From assembly GCA_900315885.1 (NCBI GenBank), contig ONAT01000001.1:10988-74987 (forward strand): a stretch of 64,000 nucleotides of DNA, given 5' to 3'. The position numbers were made by a program, and so were the translations under genes. Origin of the DNA: an uncultured Erysipelotrichaceae bacterium (GTDB taxonomy: Bacteria; Bacillota_I; Bacilli_A; RFN20; CAG-826). The notes under the pieces were generated by a model that worked only from the letters and a program-made list of their open reading frames with translations, did no database searches and was not told the origin of the DNA. Shown here in pieces: positions 1 to 8,065 of the stretch (position 1 is the first letter of the stretch; each line of letters begins with the position of its first letter).

Positions 1-2
1 TT

Positions 3-143
3 AGAAGCAAATTTGAAGAAAAACTTAATAAAAAATTAGGAAAATATGAAGTTGCATTAGTGGAACCTAATGGTTGTTCAGATTTTCAATTTGGGGAATA
101 TCAATTTATAGGCTGGTATGATGATATATATGATTTATTATAA
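3..143 (+). CDS. 3' end of an unidentified CDS entering from upstream of the window (...GEYQFIGWYDDIYDLL*)
   Basis: Frame is open from position 3 to TAA at 141-143. No start is visible and the product is not recognised. Confidence 0.35.
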   Translation, partial: RSKFEEKLNKKLGKYEVALVEPNGCSDFQFGEYQFIGWYDDIYDLL

Positions 144-364
144 AATTGTTATATTGATGTAATGAAATTCAAAGACGTTATTATGGACGATAACACAATA
201 ATTGAAGGAAAAGATGAATTTGTTAAATATGAAAAGACTTGATTATAGTAGTGCTACTATGGAAAAAGTTTGTATATTGTGTTTAAGCGCTTACTTTTTT
301 CCTTTGAAAGATTTGGTTGTATATGGTAATATAATAAGGTTGAAAAAAGAGAGGTATTTATTAT

Positions 365-1840
365 ATGAAAAAATTTATTGATAAGTTCTTCCACATTTCA
401 GAAAAAAAGTCCACTTTAAAAAGTGAAATTATTGGCGGATTAATCACATTCATCGCAATGTGTTATATCTTACCAGTTAACGCATCAATTTTATCTGCAA
501 TGGGAATGAGCAAACTCGGTGTATTTGCGATGACTGCTTTAGTAGGCGCATTTGTAACATTCATTATGGGAATTGTTGCAAATTATCCAGTCGTATTAAG
601 CGCTGGTATGGGCTTAAATGCATATCTTGCTTATACATTATGTCTTGGTTCTGACTATAATTGGCATCAAGCAATGATTTTATTAACTATTTCTGGATTG
701 TTGTTTTTAATCTTATCTTTAACACCAGTAAGAAAGATTATTATTGAGGCAATTCCAAAAGATTTGAAATTAATTATTTCTAGTGCTTTAGGTGCATTTA
801 TTTGCTTTGTTGGTTTAAGAAACTCTGGTATTATTGCTGGAGGTTCAACACTTGTTGAATTAGGTAATTTATTAAACCCATCAACAATAATTGCTTTAGT
901 AGCAGTATTAATTTGTTTTGGTTTAATGTTTAGCAAAAATAAGATTGTATCTACACTTGCTATTCCACTTGCTATTGTCATTGCTGCGGTTGCGGGTGTT
1001 ATCACTTCATCAATTATGATTAATAATGGTGGATTAGTATTAGTTGATGGTGTATGGATATATACATCTGATAGTTTAAAAAATTTAGCTTGCAATTTAC
1101 CAATCGCTCCTTGGAAAGATCCAAACGTTACATGGGGAATGAATGGTGTAAAAGATGTCTTATTTTTTGGCTTATTAAATGATGGCTATAATGGTGATAA
1201 ATTTGTTAGTGATATCGGTATGGTATTCTCTACACCTACATCATATGTTGCAATTTTCTCATTAATTTTCGTTAACTTATTCGATACAACAGCTACATTA
1301 TTAGCAGTTGGTAGAAACACTGGAATTATTGATGAAAATGGTAAAATGCAAAATTATCAAAAAGCAGTTCTAGCTGACGCTGTTGGCGCTGCAGTTTGTG
1401 GTCCATTAGGAACATCAACAGTTACATCATTTGCTGAAAGTAATGTAGGTGTTGAAATGGGTGCAAAAACTGGATTTGCAGCAGTTGTAGCAGGATTTAT
1501 GTTCTTATTATCAGCATTTATTTATCCAGTATTCTCTATTTTTACTGCTGGATCTGTTACAGCACCTGCTCTAGTATGTGTTGGCGCAATGATATTTGTT
1601 GGTAACTTCAAAGATATTGACTTCAACGATCGTGTTGTTTCGTTTACAGGATTCATTACTGTTATATTCTCATTACTAACATACTCAATTGCTTCTGGTA
1701 TTGGCATTGGATTAATTGCCTATATCATTATGATGATGTTTGCAGGAAGAAGAGAAGAAATTAGCTTACCAATTTATATTGTTGGTGCTTTATTCGTTGT
1801 TTCGTTCACCTTATCTGCAATCATGCCATTGCTTGGATAG
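365..1840 (+). CDS. AzgA/PbuG-type (NCS2 superfamily) adenine/guanine/hypoxanthine permease
   Basis: 491-aa polytopic membrane ORF. The N-terminus FFHISEKKSTLKSEIIGGLITFIAMCYIL and overall layout match the PbuG/PbuO/AzgA family. A hairpin terminator follows. Confidence 0.85.
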   Translation: MKKFIDKFFHISEKKSTLKSEIIGGLITFIAMCYILPVNASILSAMGMSKLGVFAMTALVGAFVTFIMGIVANYPVVLSAGMGLNAYLAYTLCLGSDYNWHQAMILLTISGLLFLILSLTPVRKIIIEAIPKDLKLIISSALGAFICFVGLRNSGIIAGGSTLVELGNLLNPSTIIALVAVLICFGLMFSKNKIVSTLAIPLAIVIAAVAGVITSSIMINNGGLVLVDGVWIYTSDSLKNLACNLPIAPWKDPNVTWGMNGVKDVLFFGLLNDGYNGDKFVSDIGMVFSTPTSYVAIFSLIFVNLFDTTATLLAVGRNTGIIDENGKMQNYQKAVLADAVGAAVCGPLGTSTVTSFAESNVGVEMGAKTGFAAVVAGFMFLLSAFIYPVFSIFTAGSVTAPALVCVGAMIFVGNFKDIDFNDRVVSFTGFITVIFSLLTYSIASGIGIGLIAYIIMMMFAGRREEISLPIYIVGALFVVSFTLSAIMPLLG

Positions 1841-1857
1841 TTTAGTGATAAAACAAA

Positions 1858-1888
1858 ATAAAACGGCTTGTGAAAGCCGTTTTTTTAT
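1858..1888. terminator. Bidirectional intrinsic terminator between the permease gene and pepT
   Basis: AAAACGGCTT-GTGA-AAGCCGTTTT hairpin flanked by an A-run and a T-run. Confidence 0.85.
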
Positions 1889-3087
1889 TTGACTAATTCT
1901 AGTAAGATATTAACCATTTGTTTCATTTGGTTTAGAGAAACATATTCGTATCGTCCATGATAATTATATCCACCAGTTCCTAAGTTAGGAGTAGGCAAAC
2001 CTTTAACTGTTAAGGTTGCGCCATCTGTGCCTCCACGAATAGGTAAGAATTGATAAGGTATTTTAAGATTTTTATATGTTTCCACAACTTTATTTAATGA
2101 ACGCGGATCCTTTTCAATGTAAGGACGCATGTTTTCATAAGAATCAGTAATAGTTAATTTAATAATTTCATATTCATATTTATGATTGAGAATATTCTTA
2201 GCAATTTCGAAATCATTTTTTTGCTTTTTAAATAATTCTTTGGAATGGTTACGGATGATGTATTCCATAACTGTGTTTTCAACATTACCTTTTATTTCGC
2301 ACAAGTGATTAAATCCTTGATAACCTTCGGTTTTACTTGGAATCATATCACGAGGTAATAAATCATTAAATTCTTCAGCGACAAGCAAACTATTAATCAT
2401 CTTGTCTTTAGCAGAACCTGGGTGGATACTTTTACCAAATATTTCGACTTTTGCGCTCGCGGCATTGAAGTTTTCATATTCAATTGCGTGAATATCTCCT
2501 CCATCGACTGTATAAGCATAATCAGCGTCAAATTCTTGAATGTCGAAATGCTCTGTGCCACGACCGACTTCTTCATCAGGAGTGAAAGCAATTGATATTT
2601 GACCATGTTTAATATCGCTAGCGAGTAATTTTTCTAAAAAAGTCATAATTATAGCTACACCAGCTTTGTCATCAGCCCCAAGTAATGTTTTACCATTTGT
2701 AACAATTAAATCTTCACTAACATTTTCTAATAGTGAAGGGAATGTTTTAGTATCAAGAATTATGTTCTCTTCGGAGTTTAAAACTATATCATTTCCATCA
2801 TAAGATTTAATTAGTCTAGGTGTAACATCTGCTCCAGAACAATCAGGAGATGTATCCATGTGTGAAATAAAACCAATTTTATCTTTAGTCTCGTCATTCG
2901 CAGGAATGTGTGCATAAACCACACCGAATTTATTTAAATACGCATCACTTATACCTAATTTTTGTAATTCATCAACAAGTTTTTTAGCTAAATCTAATTG
3001 TTTTAGTGTTGAAGGAGATGAAGTAGAGTTTTCATCACTTTGTGTGTCGATTTTTACATAGCTAATAAATCTGTCTTTAATATCCAT
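1885..3087 (-). CDS. pepT: Peptidase T (tripeptide aminopeptidase, M20B)
   Basis: MDIKDRFISYVKIDTQSDE..., HMDTSPD, GADDKAGVA and PDEEVG motifs. Start moved to ATG 3087, which is preceded by GGAAGGTGA; the track ORF starts 30 nt earlier. Confidence 0.9.
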   Translation of the reverse strand: MDIKDRFISYVKIDTQSDENSTSSPSTLKQLDLAKKLVDELQKLGISDAYLNKFGVVYAHIPANDETKDKIGFISHMDTSPDCSGADVTPRLIKSYDGNDIVLNSEENIILDTKTFPSLLENVSEDLIVTNGKTLLGADDKAGVAIIMTFLEKLLASDIKHGQISIAFTPDEEVGRGTEHFDIQEFDADYAYTVDGGDIHAIEYENFNAASAKVEIFGKSIHPGSAKDKMINSLLVAEEFNDLLPRDMIPSKTEGYQGFNHLCEIKGNVENTVMEYIIRNHSKELFKKQKNDFEIAKNILNHKYEYEIIKLTITDSYENMRPYIEKDPRSLNKVVETYKNLKIPYQFLPIRGGTDGATLTVKGLPTPNLGTGGYNYHGRYEYVSLNQMKQMVNILLELVK

Positions 3088-3173
3088 AAGAGTCACCTTC
3101 CATGCTAAATGATACACTATTTTTTGATGTACGATAAGTTAAACGATAAATTAAGTGATTTGTATATGTAAGT

Positions 3174-3203
3174 TTGACAGTAACTATATAAAAAAAGTAT
3201 AAT
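3174..3203 (+). promoter_or_regulatory. SigmaA-type promoter for the 3224 ORF
   Basis: TTGACA(3174-3179)-18 nt-TATAAT(3198-3203). Confidence 0.6.
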
Positions 3204-3223
3204 AAAAATTAGAAGAAATTATT

Positions 3224-3865
3224 ATGGAAAACGTATTTGAAAAAGCAAAAAAAGCCTATGACAACATAATGAAAACTGCACAAGCAATGTTTGAAATTCA
3301 TGAAGAAGCAATGAAAGGAAATGGCGTTGACTTTAGTGTAGAAAGTGCAATGTGTGAACTTGATGTATTAATCCAATATTCAATGTTACAAATTGCGCTC
3401 AATGATGGCAATTTAAATGAAAATGAAGTTGCTTTTATTAAGAACTTATCTAGTTATTTGGATTTTTGTGGATATTTAAATCAAAGAGGCTATCAAGATG
3501 TCACTTGGGATGTAATTTTCTCAACTGATGAAGAATCATTAAAGGAAGTTTTAAAAGAAGCAAAAGAAGATATTCTTGCTTTAAGTAAAAACTTTGTCGT
3601 TATATTTTCACTTATTGATGCAATGACACCACAACAAGACTACTTAGAAGAATTAAAGCAAGATTTCGTAAATATCACATGTGCAGTTATGCAATCTGAT
3701 GGCGAGATTTATAAATGTGAAATTACTAACGGATGTATGTTCTTAGAAATTTTAAATACAATTTATAAGACAAAAGCCGCAAATGTTGAAAATATTAATA
3801 ACAAAAAAGCACAAGAAGCACCAAAAAAGAAAACATTAAAGGATTATTATGTAAAAAAAAACTAA
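3224..3865 (+). CDS. Hypothetical cytoplasmic protein, possibly TerB-like
   Basis: 213-aa ORF. Two DG-x-I/L-xx-E type segments (IALNDGNLNENEVAFIKNL and VMQSDGEIYKCEI) resemble the TerB fold signature. The ORF ends inside an A9 run. Confidence 0.6.
   Translation: MENVFEKAKKAYDNIMKTAQAMFEIHEEAMKGNGVDFSVESAMCELDVLIQYSMLQIALNDGNLNENEVAFIKNLSSYLDFCGYLNQRGYQDVTWDVIFSTDEESLKEVLKEAKEDILALSKNFVVIFSLIDAMTPQQDYLEELKQDFVNITCAVMQSDGEIYKCEITNGCMFLEILNTIYKTKAANVENINNKKAQEAPKKKTLKDYYVKKN
3853..3861 (+). repeat. A9 homopolymer (slippery tract) at the junction of two ORFs
   Basis: GTA AAA AAA AAC TAA. The downstream protease frame is open back to 3802, so one extra A or a -1 slip joins the two frames. Confidence 0.9.
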
Positions 3866-3924
3866 TTAATGCGCGAAGCAGAAAATTAGTAAATTATAAA
3901 GATAAAGAAGAAGCTTTAGCGTTC

Positions 3925-4467
3925 GTGGAAACAAATATTGGAACAGGTTCTGGTTTTATGATTACTGAAACTGGATTATGTTTCACATGTTTTCACGTTA
4001 TTAAAGATGCAAATGAAATTTTTGTTGGTTTATTAGACAAAAAGGGTAAGAAGCAAGTTTATAAAGCTGAAGTTGTTTTAACAAGTGAAGATAATGACTT
4101 TGCAGTGTTACAACTTTTAAATTGTAATAATTGCTATTTCTATCATCTTGAAACGGATTTTACAAAGTTAAAAACTGGCGACGATGTAGCAATTTATGGT
4201 TATCCTTTCGGTGTGGCTTTAAATGATGATGTTATGGAATTAGCGCCATCATTAACTAAAGGATACATATCTTCAAAAAATAAAATTAATGGACATGATT
4301 GCTATTTTTTAGATATTAATTCGGCGCCAGGATTTAGTGGCGGACCAGTGTTTTCTTTAAATAACAAGAAAGTTATTGGATACTTATGTGGTTCATATGG
4401 CACAAATCGTGCAGATATAATTTACATAAGAACTTTAGAAACATTTATAAAAGGGTTTGTTAAGTAA
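3925..4467 (+). CDS. Trypsin-like (S1/chymotrypsin fold) serine peptidase domain protein, apparently lacking its own N-terminus
   Basis: Catalytic contexts TCFHV (His), DFAVLQL (Asp) and GFSGGPVF (Ser). The track start is a GTG with no good SD, only 6 codons before GTGSGF. The same frame stays open upstream to 3802. Confidence 0.7.
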   Translation: METNIGTGSGFMITETGLCFTCFHVIKDANEIFVGLLDKKGKKQVYKAEVVLTSEDNDFAVLQLLNCNNCYFYHLETDFTKLKTGDDVAIYGYPFGVALNDDVMELAPSLTKGYISSKNKINGHDCYFLDINSAPGFSGGPVFSLNNKKVIGYLCGSYGTNRADIIYIRTLETFIKGFVK

Positions 4468-4474
4468 ATAATAC

Positions 4475-4503
4475 TTGCAATATGGTCTAATATTTGTTAG
4501 AAT
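4475..4503 (+). promoter_or_regulatory. SigmaA-type promoter for rplS
   Basis: TTGCAA-17 nt-TAGAAT with TGt extended -10. Confidence 0.6.
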
Positions 4504-4509
4504 AACAAA

Positions 4510-4593
4510 GCGTTTAAATGAAACGCCGCAAGCGGTCCGCTGGAGCTCACTACTCGAATGAACGCCCAAGACAATGTAAGGAGCGTGGAAATT
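4510..4593 (+). promoter_or_regulatory. Possible ribosomal protein L19 leader (structured 5' UTR)
   Basis: GC-rich, hairpin-forming 5' UTR (GCGTTT-AAATG-AAACGC; CCGCAAGCGG) in an AT-rich genome, directly upstream of rplS. An L19 leader is known in Firmicutes. Not aligned to a model. Confidence 0.35.
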
Positions 4594-4941
4594 ATGAATA
4601 ATAATTTAGTCAATGAGATTTCAAAATCTCAACTCAAAAAAGATATCCCAGCATTTAATTCTGGCGATACAATCAACGTTTATGTAAGAATTATTGAAAA
4701 CGGCAAAGAAAGATTACAATTATTCCAAGGTGTTGTTATTGCACGCCGTGGCGGTGGAGTTAGCGAAACATTTACTGTTAGAAAAATTAGTAATGGTGTC
4801 GGTGTTGAAAGAACATTCCCATTACATTCTCCAACAATCAACAGAATCGAAGTTGTCAAAAAAGGTAAAGTTCGTCGTAACAAAATCTTCTACATCCGTA
4901 AACTTTCTGGTAAAGCTGCACGTATTAAAACAGTTCTTTAA
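4594..4941 (+). CDS. rplS: 50S ribosomal protein L19
   Basis: [38 protein letters not shown]...[11 protein letters not shown] 4594 follows AAGGAG; the longer track ORF start is rejected. Confidence 0.95.
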   Translation: MNNNLVNEISKSQLKKDIPAFNSGDTINVYVRIIENGKERLQLFQGVVIARRGGGVSETFTVRKISNGVGVERTFPLHSPTINRIEVVKKGKVRRNKIFYIRKLSGKAARIKTVL

Positions 4942-4957
4942 TTCTAAAATAGTGACT

Positions 4958-4986
4958 AAAAGGTTCCAATACTGGAGCCTTTTTTG
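4958..4986 (+). terminator. rplS terminator
   Basis: AAAGGTTCC...GGAGCCTTT hairpin plus a T-run. Confidence 0.7.
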
Positions 4987-5055
4987 TTGCTCGGGAAATT
5001 GTGTTTGTAAATAATTATAATTTTATTTATAATTATTGCGTAAAGAAGGGCTGTT

Positions 5056-5643
5056 ATGAAAAAGAAAACTTTAAAAATTATTGATATTCTTATTACAGTT
5101 GCGACAGTTATTTGTTTAATCGTAACAGGTCTTTTTGTTTACCGAAATATCGTATATGAACATGTCATAGTTTCTGGAACATCAATGCAAGACACTTTAG
5201 ATAGTGGTGACTATGGATTAATGAATGTCACTGAATCACGAAAACAAAATATTCAAAGATTTGATATTGTTATTTTTGATTTATCAGAAGAACAAAAAAA
5301 TTATGACATTATTAAACGCGTAATAGCGTTACCTGGTGAAACTATTAAAATTGATACAACAGGTACGATATATATTAATAACGAAGAACTTGATCAATCT
5401 TCCTTTTTGGTTGAATATCAAAAGGATTATACATACTCCAATAATGGTGTTGCTTGTGGCGAAGAATATAAAGTACCAAATGATGCATATTTTTGCTTGG
5501 GCGATAATCGTAAAGTATCATTAGATTCAAGAGTGCGCGGAGCACTATCTCGCGATAAAATTGATGGTGTTTTAAGAGTTATTTATAAACATTGTAATGA
5601 AGAAGGAAAAGCGTGTAAGAGTATTCCTGCACGTTGGTTTTAG
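5056..5643 (+). CDS. lepB: Signal peptidase I
   Basis: N-terminal TM segment, SGTSM (Ser box), KRVIALPGE (Lys box) and GDNRKVSLDSR. Confidence 0.9.
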   Translation: MKKKTLKIIDILITVATVICLIVTGLFVYRNIVYEHVIVSGTSMQDTLDSGDYGLMNVTESRKQNIQRFDIVIFDLSEEQKNYDIIKRVIALPGETIKIDTTGTIYINNEELDQSSFLVEYQKDYTYSNNGVACGEEYKVPNDAYFCLGDNRKVSLDSRVRGALSRDKIDGVLRVIYKHCNEEGKACKSIPARWF

Positions 5644-5652
5644 GTGATTTTT

Positions 5653-6504
5653 ATGCAACAAAAGAATATACATTGGTTCCCAGGTCATATGCAAAAAGCC
5701 ACTCGTGAGATTGAAGAGCGAGTTAAAATTGTGGATGTAATTATTGAGTTGTTAGATGCACGCGCCCCATTATCAAGTCGAAATGAAAAATTATATAAAA
5801 TAACTCAAAATAAAAAAAGAGTTTTGATTTTGACAAAAAAAGATTTAGCAGATGATGTAATAACTGAAAAATGGAAAGAATATTTTACTTCTTTAAATTA
5901 TCAAGTTGTATGTGCTGATTTAAACGAAAAGAAACTCATTAAAGTAATTGAAGAAAAAATTAATATTTTAGGCAGAGATAAACGCGAAAAAGAAATAAAA
6001 AAAGGTATGAAGCCTCAACCAATTCGCGCAATGATTATTGGTATTCCTAATGTAGGAAAGTCGACATTAATAAATCGTATCTCCAAAAGAAATGCTGCTT
6101 CGGTTCAAAATACTCCAGGACACACTAAATCCCAGCAATGGATAAAAGTTGATAATTCTTTTGAATTACTTGATACCCCTGGTATTTTGCCTGCGAACTA
6201 CGAAAATAAAGAATACGCAATTAACCTTGCTTTAGTGGGCTCAATAAGAGAAACAATCTTACCAATTGAAGAATTAGCGGATATTCTTTTAAACTATTTA
6301 AGAAAATATTATCCTGAAACAATCAAAAACCGCTACGTAATTGATTTTAATGAGAAAGATGATAATAATTCAATCTTATGCAAAATTGCTCTTAAACGTG
6401 GCTTCTTGCTCAAACAAGAGCCAGATGTAAGCAAAGCATCAAGTCTTTTATTAAAAGAATTTAGAGATGGCATTTTAGGACACATCTCTTTGGAGAGATT
6501 ATAA
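5653..6504 (+). CDS. rbgA: Ribosome biogenesis GTPase A (YlqF/RbgA)
   Basis: IHWFPGHMQKA, circularly permuted GTPase motifs (TKKD ... GIPNVGKST ... DTPG). ATG 5653 follows AGGTGA. Confidence 0.9.
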   Translation: MQQKNIHWFPGHMQKATREIEERVKIVDVIIELLDARAPLSSRNEKLYKITQNKKRVLILTKKDLADDVITEKWKEYFTSLNYQVVCADLNEKKLIKVIEEKINILGRDKREKEIKKGMKPQPIRAMIIGIPNVGKSTLINRISKRNAASVQNTPGHTKSQQWIKVDNSFELLDTPGILPANYENKEYAINLALVGSIRETILPIEELADILLNYLRKYYPETIKNRYVIDFNEKDDNNSILCKIALKRGFLLKQEPDVSKASSLLLKEFRDGILGHISLERL

Positions 6505-6505
6505 A

Positions 6506-7126
6506 ATGTTAGATTACGAAAAAAAATATTATGGCAAAGATATTGCTTTTATTGCTGGATGTGATGAAGCAGGGCGTGGTCCTTTAGCAGGTCCAGTTGT
6601 CGCAGCCGCGGTGATTATGCCAAGTGATTTCCAAAATGAAGAAGTTAATGATTCAAAAAAATTGACAGATAGGAAACGCCGTAAATTGTTTGAAATAATC
6701 AAAGAAAACGCTATTGCGTATGCTGTTGCTATAATTGATGCTGATACGATTGATAAAATAAATATTTATGAGGCGTCAAGACTAGGAATGGAAACGGCGT
6801 TACGAAATTTAAACCATAAATACGATATGGTTTTAACAGATTACATGCCATTGCTTCATGAACAAGTAAACGTTGAAGCTATAGCAAAAGGAGATACCAA
6901 ATCATTTAATATTGCTTGTGCTTCAATTCTTGCTAAAGTAACGCGAGATGATTTGATGATTGAATTAGATAAGAAATATCCAGAATATGGCTTTAAAAAG
7001 CATAAAGGATATGGCACGAAACAACACTTAGAAGCTTTAGAAAAATATGGGGCAATTCCACATATTCACCGTCAAACATACGCTCCAGTGAGTAACTTAA
7101 AATGTAAACAATTAACGCTTTTTTAA
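6506..7126 (+). CDS. rnhB: Ribonuclease HII
   Basis: AGCDEAGRGPLAGPVVAAAV and DSKKL motifs. Confidence 0.92.
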   Translation: MLDYEKKYYGKDIAFIAGCDEAGRGPLAGPVVAAAVIMPSDFQNEEVNDSKKLTDRKRRKLFEIIKENAIAYAVAIIDADTIDKINIYEASRLGMETALRNLNHKYDMVLTDYMPLLHEQVNVEAIAKGDTKSFNIACASILAKVTRDDLMIELDKKYPEYGFKKHKGYGTKQHLEALEKYGAIPHIHRQTYAPVSNLKCKQLTLF

Positions 7127-7131
7127 AAATG

Positions 7132-7164
7132 ATCACCTATCTTATTATAGAGGTGATTTTTTTT
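7132..7164 (+). terminator. rnhB terminator whose 3' arm is the dprA Shine-Dalgarno
   Basis: ATCACCT-12 nt loop-AGGTGAT followed by T7. The dprA TTG start uses the last two T of the run. Confidence 0.7.
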
Positions 7165-7954
7165 GCTTAAGGCTAGAGATGTATTACTTTATTTTTCTCT
7201 CAAATATATTGGTGATTGGGATAAAATTTATAGTGCGATTAGAAATAAAGAAAAATTTGATGAAAATGATTATATTCTTTTAAAAAGTGAAGTAAAGAGC
7301 AATTATATTACGATGCTTGATGATGAGTATCCAGAGTCATTAAAAAATATTCATAAACCACCATTTGTAATTTATTATTATGGCGATATAAATCTTTTAA
7401 AAAATGATAAATTAATTACGATTGTCGGATCAAGAGATTATAGTGAATATGGTGAATATTGTTGTGTCTCTATTACTAAAGAATTAGTCACAAAAGGATA
7501 TGTTGTAGTTTCAGGTTTAGCAAGAGGTATTGATGTTATTGCGCATAACGTAGCTTTAGAAAATGAAGGAAAAACCATTGCTATACTTGGTTCAGGAATT
7601 GATTATTGTTATCCAAAACAAAATTCAAAAACATATGAGCAAATAAAAGAAAAAGGATTATTAATGAGCGAGTATCCCAATAATTTTACAGCAATTAAAG
7701 AAAACTTTCCTAAGCGAAATAGAATTTTAGCGGGTTTAAGTCCTAATTTGTTTGCTCCAGAATTTAAAATAAACTCAGGAACAAGTATAACGATTTCATT
7801 AGCGTTATCGTATGGTAAAAATATTTTTTGTCCTCCACATCCAATTTCGTCGATGACGGGGAATAACATCTTAATTAAAGAAGGGGCAATGCTTGTTGAA
7901 ACCGCAAACGACATAATTTTTGAAATAGAAGGTAAAAATATGTCGAATCAATAA
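7163..7954 (+). CDS. dprA: DNA processing protein DprA (Smf)
   Basis: IVGSRDYSEYG...VVSGLARGIDVIAHNVAL...ILGSGIDYCYP (Rossmann-like DprA core). TTG start. Confidence 0.85.
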   Translation: MLKARDVLLYFSLKYIGDWDKIYSAIRNKEKFDENDYILLKSEVKSNYITMLDDEYPESLKNIHKPPFVIYYYGDINLLKNDKLITIVGSRDYSEYGEYCCVSITKELVTKGYVVVSGLARGIDVIAHNVALENEGKTIAILGSGIDYCYPKQNSKTYEQIKEKGLLMSEYPNNFTAIKENFPKRNRILAGLSPNLFAPEFKINSGTSITISLALSYGKNIFCPPHPISSMTGNNILIKEGAMLVETANDIIFEIEGKNMSNQ

Positions 7955-8065
7955 AAATCATAAAAAATTTTTATTTAGTATAAATAAATATATATATAAA
8001 GAAAAAAAGGTTTGACAAACGACTTATAATAATTGAATAATTGATACTTGAAAGGGGCGGATATT

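Noticed and set aside
162-242. 26-aa ORF (MKFKDVIMDDNTIIEGKDEFVKYEKT) after the partial first gene.
   Set aside because: It has no SD and no recognisable features. It is too short to support without comparative data.
240-364. Possible purine riboswitch upstream of the purine permease gene.
   Set aside because: I could not find the conserved purine-riboswitch core (the P1/J1-2 TATAAT...GGATATGG...CTACC... type blocks) in this leader.
4694-5014. 106-aa plus-strand ORF overlapping rplS in another frame, plus the 4558 upstream start of the rplS ORF.
   Set aside because: L19 homology defines the frame. ATG 4594 has the AAGGAG SD, and the upstream segment is better explained as a structured leader.
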